Source of the DNA: an uncultured Chloroflexia bacterium
GTDB taxonomy: Bacteria; Chloroflexota; Limnocylindria; Limnocylindrales; CSP1-4
Length of the DNA stretch: 64,000 bases
NCBI GenBank assembly: GCA_963735865.1
Contig: CAVTML010000002.1
Coordinates: 1,491,219-1,555,218 of the forward strand
Direction of reading: 5' to 3'
Shown: one piece after another, positions 58,432 to 64,000 of the stretch
How positions within the stretch are numbered: the stretch's first letter is position 1
Layout of the letters: the number at the start of each line of letters is the position of its first letter
Notes under the pieces: generated by a model
The model's database searches: none
What the model was told of the DNA's origin: nothing
The model's input: the letters and a program-made list of their open reading frames with translations, nothing else
Translations under genes and position numbers: made by a program

Positions 58432-58797
58432 CCCCTGGATCCCGAGGCTCCCGATCCCGGTTCGGCCCAGATCGGGTGCGCCTTCGCGGTCGTCGGCGCG
58501 CTCCTGGGGAACCTCGTCGCCACGGTCGTCCTGGTGCTCGTCCACCCCGACGAGATCTTCCCCAACGGGCCCGACCTGACGACGGCCTTCATCGCGCTGG
58601 CCATCGGATGGGTCGTCGCCTGGACGCTCGCCGTGATCATCAGCGCGCTCGTCATCGGCGTCGGGCTGACCTGGGTCGTCGCCCGCCTGACGGGCCGAGG
58701 CCGCGAGCCCATGCCGTTCCTCGCCGTGGCATCGCTGGTCGCGGCCATGATCGTCGCCGGGATGGCCCTCTGGATCCTGGCGGGCAGCGGCGGATAG
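58432..58797 (+). CDS. Candidate small membrane protein downstream of tnaA
   Basis: GTG start, about 120 aa, three TM helices. Confidence 0.4.
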   Translation, partial: PLDPEAPDPGSAQIGCAFAVVGALLGNLVATVVLVLVHPDEIFPNGPDLTTAFIALAIGWVVAWTLAVIISALVIGVGLTWVVARLTGRGREPMPFLAVASLVAAMIVAGMALWILAGSGG

Positions 58798-58885
58798 GGC
58801 TCGGCCGGACGGGCCGAACGTCGAACCGGAGTACCGTGTAGGTCCGCACGCTCGGCATCCCCTGTACCCAGAGGTCCACGCATCG

Positions 58886-61800
58886 ATGTCCTACCGGCGG
58901 CCGCCTCGCAGTGACATCGGTGACGCGATCCAGGACTGGCTGAACCGCCAGGCGGCCGCCTCGCGCGACCGGGGCGACCGCGGCGGCGACGATGGGCCGC
59001 CGGCGGGCACGCGGCGCACCGGGCCGCCGCGACGGGTCCCGCGCCTGCCGTTCGTGATCGTCGGCATCCTGATCATCCTGTGGTTGATCGTGGGCGCGAT
59101 CATCGACCCGGCCGCCGACTACCTGTGGTTCACCAACGTCGGCTTCGGCGACGTTTGGACAACGCAGTTCGCCTACGGCGCGGCCCTGTTCGCGCTCGGC
59201 CTGGTGATCGGCCTCGTCTTCCTGCTGGGCAACCTGGTGCTCGCGTGGCGCTGGGGTCACGAGCCGACCGACGAGGCCTTCGCCGCCCAGGCCCACACCC
59301 GGACCTGGCGCGTCAGCGACGCCGAGGTCGACGTCCTGTCCCTCGCCGCCGCCCTGCCGCGCCGCACGATCCGCACGATCGTGGCCGGCGTCGCCATCTT
59401 CTTCGCCCTGCTGTTCGCCTTCCGCATGCCGGCCGCCTGGCAGACGGTCGCCCTCTGGCTGCACGCCGTCCCCTACGCCCCGACGGGCACGGCGACCCCC
59501 GACCCGATCTTCGGGCTCGACCTGGGCTGGTGGCTCTTCAGCCTGCCGATGCTGCACCTGGTCGCCGACGTCGCGGTCCTGCTGTTCGCCCTGAGCCTGC
59601 TCGTGACCGGAGCGGCCTACGGCCTGGTGGCGCTGCGCGGCGGCGATGTCGCGGCCCGCCGGCCGGTCCTGCACCTGGCCATCCTGGGCGGGGCGCTGCT
59701 GCTGGCCATCGCCGGCCTGCAGTGGCTGGGCCGGTACGACCTGGCCTACGGCCAGAACGGCGCGGTGCCGGGCGTGACGGCCACCGACTCCGCGGTGCGC
59801 CTGCCGCTCATCGCCCTGACCGCCGTCACCACGGTCGTGCTTGCCGCCGCGATCGTCGTCCTGGCGGTCGTGCGCCGCCTTCGGGCGATCCGCCTCGTGG
59901 CGGCCATCGGCGGCGGGTGGTACGTCCTGCTGGTGCTCGCCGGCGCCGTCGTGCCCGCCCTCTACCAGCAGCTGGTGGTGACGCCCAACCAGAACTCGGC
60001 CGAGGCGCCGTACATCGCCAACAACATCGCCCTCACGCGGCAGGGCTTCGGCCTCGATAGCTGGCAGCTCGAGTCCTACACCGGCAAGGCGACGCTGACC
60101 GCCTCCGACGTCAGCAACGACCAGGCGACCTTCGACAACGCGCGCCTGTGGGACTACCACCCGCTCGGCACGACGCTGGACCAGCTGCAGAGGGTGCGCC
60201 AGTACTACGACTTCACCTCGGTCGACATCGACCGCTACCTCATCGGCGGCGTGCCGACGGAGGTGATGCTCTCGGCGCGGGAGATGGCGCTCGACAAGAG
60301 CCAGACGAATCCGACCTGGATCGCCCAGCACATCCTGTACACGCACGGCTACGGCCTGGCCATGGTCCCGGTCAACGCCGTCGACAGCAACGGGCTGCCC
60401 GACCTCATCATCAAGGACCTGCCCGTGACATCCGCTCCCGATGCGCCGCTGGTGAGCCAGCCGCGCATCTACTTCGGCGAGCGGCCCTCCGACTGGGTGC
60501 TGGTCGATGCCCAGAGCGACGAGTTCGACTACCCCTCCAGCGCCGGCAACGGCAACGACGTCACGGACCAGTACGGCGGTTCGGCCGGCCTGTCGGTCGG
60601 CTCACTGCCGTCCCGGCTCCTGTGGGCCGCCAAGCTGGGCGACCTGAACCTCCTCATCAGCGACCAGGTGACGGCCCAGACACGCCTCCTGCTGCATCGC
60701 AGCCTGGCCGACCGGCTGGGTACCCTGGCGCCGTTCCTGACCCTGGACCCGGACCCGTACCTCGTGGTCGGGCCCGACGGCCGCCTCGTCTGGATCCAGG
60801 ACGCGTACCTGACCAGCGATGGCGTGCCGGCCGGGACGGCCATCGACGACGCCGCCCTCCACAGTCACTACGACTACATCCGCAACAGCGTCAAGATCAC
60901 CGTCGACGCCTACGACGGCACGACCCACTTCTACGTGGCCGATCCGACGGATCCCCTGATCCGGGCCTGGCAGGGCGTCTTCCCCACCATGTTCCAGCCG
61001 CTCTCGTCCATGCCGACCGGCCTCGTGGCCCACCTGCGCACGCCCGAGGCGATGTTCAACGCACAGGCCAAGACCTTCGCCCGGTACCACGTCACGGACG
61101 TGGCCAGCTTCTACAAGAACGACAACATCTGGACGGTGCCCTCGGTGAGCGAAGGCAACACGCAGGTCCTGGCGCCGGAGGCCTACTACGTCGAGATGCG
61201 CCTGCCCGACCAGGCGGCCCCGGAGTTCGTCCTCATCCAGCCCATGGTCCCGGCGTCGCGGCCCAACATGATCGCCTGGGTGGCGGCCCGCAACGACGGG
61301 ACGGCGCGCGGCCAGGTCATCGTCTACCAGCTGCCCGCCAACACGACGATCCAGGGCCCCAACCAGATCGAGGCCCGTATCGACCAGGATCCGGTCATCA
61401 GCGCCCAGATCAGCCTGTGGAACCAGAGCGGCTCGCAGGTCATCCGGGGCAACCTGCTGGTGATCCCGGTGGGCACGTCGTTCCTGTACCTGGAGCCGAT
61501 CTTCCTGCAGTCCACGAGCGCGGCCTTCCCGCAGCTGACCAAGGTGGTGGTCGCCTCGTCGACCACGATCGGCTGGGGCGGCACGCTGGCCAACGCCCTC
61601 CAGGCGGTGACCAGCGGCGCGGGCACCGGGGGTACCGCCGGCAGCGGCGGCGGATCGGGTGGCGGCGGCCCGCAACCGACCGCCACGCCGGCCCCCACCG
61701 CCGCCAACGGCAACCTGCCGACGGACATCCCCGGGCTGATCCAGTTCGCCAACGACCACTTCACGGCGGCCAAGGCGGCCCAGGCGCGCGGCGATTTCGT

Positions 61801-61906
61801 GACCTACGGCCAGGAGCTCCAGCTGGTCCAGGACGCCCTCGTGGCGCTGCAGGGCCTGACCGGCGTCTTCCCCAGCCCGTCGGCGTCGGCGTCGACCGGC
61901 CCCTAA
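58886..61906 (+). CDS. UPF0182 family large membrane protein
   Basis: 1006 aa with N-terminal TM cluster 'DYLWFTNVGFGDVW' and a long conserved extracytoplasmic body ending in a Gly/Ser/Thr-rich tail. Confidence 0.9.
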   Translation: MSYRRPPRSDIGDAIQDWLNRQAAASRDRGDRGGDDGPPAGTRRTGPPRRVPRLPFVIVGILIILWLIVGAIIDPAADYLWFTNVGFGDVWTTQFAYGAALFALGLVIGLVFLLGNLVLAWRWGHEPTDEAFAAQAHTRTWRVSDAEVDVLSLAAALPRRTIRTIVAGVAIFFALLFAFRMPAAWQTVALWLHAVPYAPTGTATPDPIFGLDLGWWLFSLPMLHLVADVAVLLFALSLLVTGAAYGLVALRGGDVAARRPVLHLAILGGALLLAIAGLQWLGRYDLAYGQNGAVPGVTATDSAVRLPLIALTAVTTVVLAAAIVVLAVVRRLRAIRLVAAIGGGWYVLLVLAGAVVPALYQQLVVTPNQNSAEAPYIANNIALTRQGFGLDSWQLESYTGKATLTASDVSNDQATFDNARLWDYHPLGTTLDQLQRVRQYYDFTSVDIDRYLIGGVPTEVMLSAREMALDKSQTNPTWIAQHILYTHGYGLAMVPVNAVDSNGLPDLIIKDLPVTSAPDAPLVSQPRIYFGERPSDWVLVDAQSDEFDYPSSAGNGNDVTDQYGGSAGLSVGSLPSRLLWAAKLGDLNLLISDQVTAQTRLLLHRSLADRLGTLAPFLTLDPDPYLVVGPDGRLVWIQDAYLTSDGVPAGTAIDDAALHSHYDYIRNSVKITVDAYDGTTHFYVADPTDPLIRAWQGVFPTMFQPLSSMPTGLVAHLRTPEAMFNAQAKTFARYHVTDVASFYKNDNIWTVPSVSEGNTQVLAPEAYYVEMRLPDQAAPEFVLIQPMVPASRPNMIAWVAARNDGTARGQVIVYQLPANTTIQGPNQIEARIDQDPVISAQISLWNQSGSQVIRGNLLVIPVGTSFLYLEPIFLQSTSAAFPQLTKVVVASSTTIGWGGTLANALQAVTSGAGTGGTAGSGGGSGGGGPQPTATPAPTAANGNLPTDIPGLIQFANDHFTAAKAAQARGDFVTYGQELQLVQDALVALQGLTGVFPSPSASASTGP

Positions 61907-62823
61907 GGCGCTCGCGAGGCAGATGGGGCAGGCGACACCACGGGCGCCGCGATGATGATCGGTCCGCCGACGTTGGTCAGGGTGTAGACCGTGTGCACGG
62001 TCACGGTGATGCCGAGGGCGGTGAGGTCGGCGTCCAGCTGGGCATCGACGGGCTGGCCCGCCTCGGTCACCCAGATGTCGAAGCGCGTGTCCGACACGGC
62101 CAGTACGCCGATGGGGAAGTTCAGGTAGATGTTGGGGTCGCCGAAGATCCAGTCGCTGATCCGCAGGTGGTGGACCTGCTGGCCGCCGCGACTCTCCAGC
62201 CCCAGGTCGTAGATGGCCTGCGACCGGTCGATCGAGCTGAACGGGTTCGGCGACTGGTAGGGCACCAGCTCGGGCGACTGCACCCAGCCCTTGCCCGGCA
62301 GACGGGCGTAACCGATGTTCTCGACCAGGACCACGTCGCCCGATCTGACCGTCGTGCCGTCGGTGAACTGGATGGTGCCGGCGAAGTCCGGCCCGGCCAC
62401 ATCCAGGTCGCCCTTCAGGATGCCGCCCATCGCCTCCGCGCTGATCGTCTCGTCGAGGTGGAGGTGGAAGGTGATCCCGGCCGTGTCGGCCAGCCAGGCG
62501 CGGAAGTGATCGATCGCCTGCTGGCCCCGCAGCGCCGCGACGTCGGCCGTCCGCGCTGGGGGCGGGAGGGCCTGCTGACGACCGAAGGCCAGCCAGGCCC
62601 CGCCGCCGGCGACCGCCACCACGAGGATGCCGATCGCCACCAGGACCAGCCCACGGTTGACCCCTCCCCTGGGCTCGGGCGTCGGCGGGACCGGGGCGGG
62701 CGCGCCGTAGGACGTGCCCCGGTAGCGCTCGGTGAACGAGACCGGGTGAGCCGGCAGCTGGTCCGGAGGCGGCGCGGCGGCCCCACCGTCGTGCGGCGTC
62801 AGATCCGAGGGCTGGATGGTCAC
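61903..62823 (-). CDS. Hypothetical membrane-anchored protein with a Pro-rich N-terminus
   Basis: Single TM 'LVLVAIGILVVAVAGG' then a beta-rich domain. Overlaps the UPF0182 gene by 4 nt on the opposite strand. Confidence 0.55.
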   Translation of the reverse strand: MTIQPSDLTPHDGGAAAPPPDQLPAHPVSFTERYRGTSYGAPAPVPPTPEPRGGVNRGLVLVAIGILVVAVAGGGAWLAFGRQQALPPPARTADVAALRGQQAIDHFRAWLADTAGITFHLHLDETISAEAMGGILKGDLDVAGPDFAGTIQFTDGTTVRSGDVVLVENIGYARLPGKGWVQSPELVPYQSPNPFSSIDRSQAIYDLGLESRGGQQVHHLRISDWIFGDPNIYLNFPIGVLAVSDTRFDIWVTEAGQPVDAQLDADLTALGITVTVHTVYTLTNVGGPIIIAAPVVSPAPSASRAP

Positions 62824-63020
62824 CTGCTTCCCCCTTCGAACCGCACCATACGCCGGCCCCCGGCGCCGTCACCGGGCTGAACGTACCGTTCCACCCGGCC
62901 GGTCGGCGCCGCATGCGGTGCGATGGCGCACCGGATCCCTCGGGGGCGGGCCCATCGGCACCATGGAACGGGCAGTTCGGCACCTATCGGAGGGTCGCTC
63001 CCGGTCCGTACCGTCACGAC

Positions 63021-63537
63021 GTGCACAGCCGACCACAAGCCCGCGACCACTACGAACTGCTGCAGGTCGTCCGCACGGCTGACGTCGAGGTCGATCCGCG
63101 CGGCCTACCGGGCCCTGGCCCAGCGATACCATCCCGACCTGGGCGGCAGTGAGGCTCAGATGGCGGCCCTCAACGATGCGTGGGCCGTGCTCCGCGACCG
63201 GCAGGCGCGCGTGGCCTACGACCGCCAGCTCGCGCTCGCCGCCGACCGCGCCGGCGCCCCGGTGGAGGGGACCCACGCCGCGATCATCACGCCGCCGCCG
63301 GCTGCCGGCCCCTCGGGAGCCACGATCCTGGATTACGGTCGCTATCGGGGCTGGTCGCTCGCCCAGCTCGCCCGCCAGGACCCCGACTACCTGCGGTGGC
63401 TGGTGCGGACGCCTGCCGGGCGGGCCTACCACACCGAGATCGAGGCGCTCCTGGCCGAACGACGGCCGGAGCCGGAACGCACGCGGCCCCGTGCGCGCGG
63501 CGGGCTCTTCGGCCGGGTGCCGACCGCCTCGCGCTAG
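63021..63537 (+). CDS. J-domain (DnaJ-like) protein with an apparent frameshift near 63085-63095
   Basis: 'DHYELLQVVRTADVEV' in one frame continues as 'IRAAYRALAQRYHPDLGG' (HPD motif) in another. Confidence 0.6.
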
Positions 63538-63561
63538 GGCGTACCATCTGGGCCACCAGCC

Positions 63562-63693
63562 ATGAAGCGCTTCATCCTGATGATCCTTGCCGCCTGCGCC
63601 GGGGCGCTCGTCGTGTGGCGCGTGACGCGCGACGAGGAGCCCGCGCCGGCCGAGCCGTGGGATCCCGACGGCGAGGGGCCTGCCCCCTCCTGA
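63562..63693 (+). CDS. Candidate 43-aa small membrane peptide
   Basis: 'MKRFILMILAACAGALVVWRV' hydrophobic helix then an acidic tail. Weak RBS. Confidence 0.25.
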   Translation: MKRFILMILAACAGALVVWRVTRDEEPAPAEPWDPDGEGPAPS

Positions 63694-63760
63694 CCGGGCC
63701 GGCCCGAGGGGCTACGCTTCCGGTGAGTCGCACGTCGCGATGCAGGCACCAGGAGGCACG

Positions 63761-64000
63761 ATGAACCTCAACAGCGTCCTCATCGGCTCGGCCGATCCGC
63801 AGCGCCTGGCTGACTACTACACGAAGCTCTTCGGCGCGGCCGGCTGGGCCGAGGGCGGCTACAGCGGGTGGCAGCTCGGTTCCGGCTTCGTGACGGTCGG
63901 TCCGCACGACCAGGTGCACGGCCAGAACGCCGAGCCTGGGCGGCTCATCTGGAACATCGAGAGCGGCGACGTCAAGGCCGACTTCGACCGGCTCAAGGCG
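63761..64000 (+). CDS. VOC (glyoxalase/bleomycin-resistance) family protein, 3' end truncated by window edge
   Basis: AGGAGG 5 nt upstream of the ATG. 'MNLNSVLIGSADPQRLADYYTKLFG' is a typical VOC N-terminus. Confidence 0.7.
   Translation, partial: MNLNSVLIGSADPQRLADYYTKLFGAAGWAEGGYSGWQLGSGFVTVGPHDQVHGQNAEPGRLIWNIESGDVKADFDRLKA

Noticed and set aside
60148-62880. 910-aa ORF on the plus strand
   Set aside because: It overlaps the UPF0182 gene in another frame and is antisense to the 61903..62823 gene. Its Arg/Gly/Pro-rich composition marks it as a shadow ORF.
1-64000. CRISPR arrays, transposases, integrases, phage or defense-system genes
   Set aside because: Scanned by eye for regularly spaced short repeats and for DDE, tyrosine-recombinase, nuclease or ATPase signatures typical of these systems. 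None were seen. The only repeats are the 3265-3447 element and isolated palindromes.

Overview
This is a high-GC (~70%) segment that looks actinobacterial-type chromosomal, judging by gene content (MmpL, DUF881, UPF0182, DUF2277, an F420-type oxidoreductase and an EtfD-like Fe-S protein). Nearly every gene has a conserved core function, and roughly 65 coding genes are packed tightly with many ATGA/GTGA/TGATG start-stop overlaps and frequent GTG starts. Recognisable content includes MFS/MmpL/ABC transporters, amidohydrolases, L-asparaginase, a DUF881-metalloprotease-SBP-MmpL-lipoprotein envelope block, glucuronate isomerase, one tRNA-Arg(CCT), ccdA-tlpA, nrdR-dcd, a long unidirectional string carrying etfBA, acyl-CoA dehydrogenase, an embedded ABC exporter and an EtfD-like Fe-S oxidoreductase, moaB-moaC-moeA, site-2 protease, aldehyde dehydrogenase, OsmC, an aromatic amino-acid decarboxylase, PFK, tryptophanase and a 1006-aa UPF0182 membrane protein. 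No CRISPR array, transposase, integrase or obvious defense system was found. The most notable observations are several apparent frameshifts, including a heavily degraded tandem TldD/PmbA pair; a two-domain DUF881 fusion; a structured direct plus inverted repeat element in one intergenic spacer; a 16-bp NrdR-box-like palindrome upstream of nrdR-dcd; and a few candidate small ORFs. Many long ORFs in the six-frame track are antisense shadow ORFs typical of high-GC DNA and were not called.
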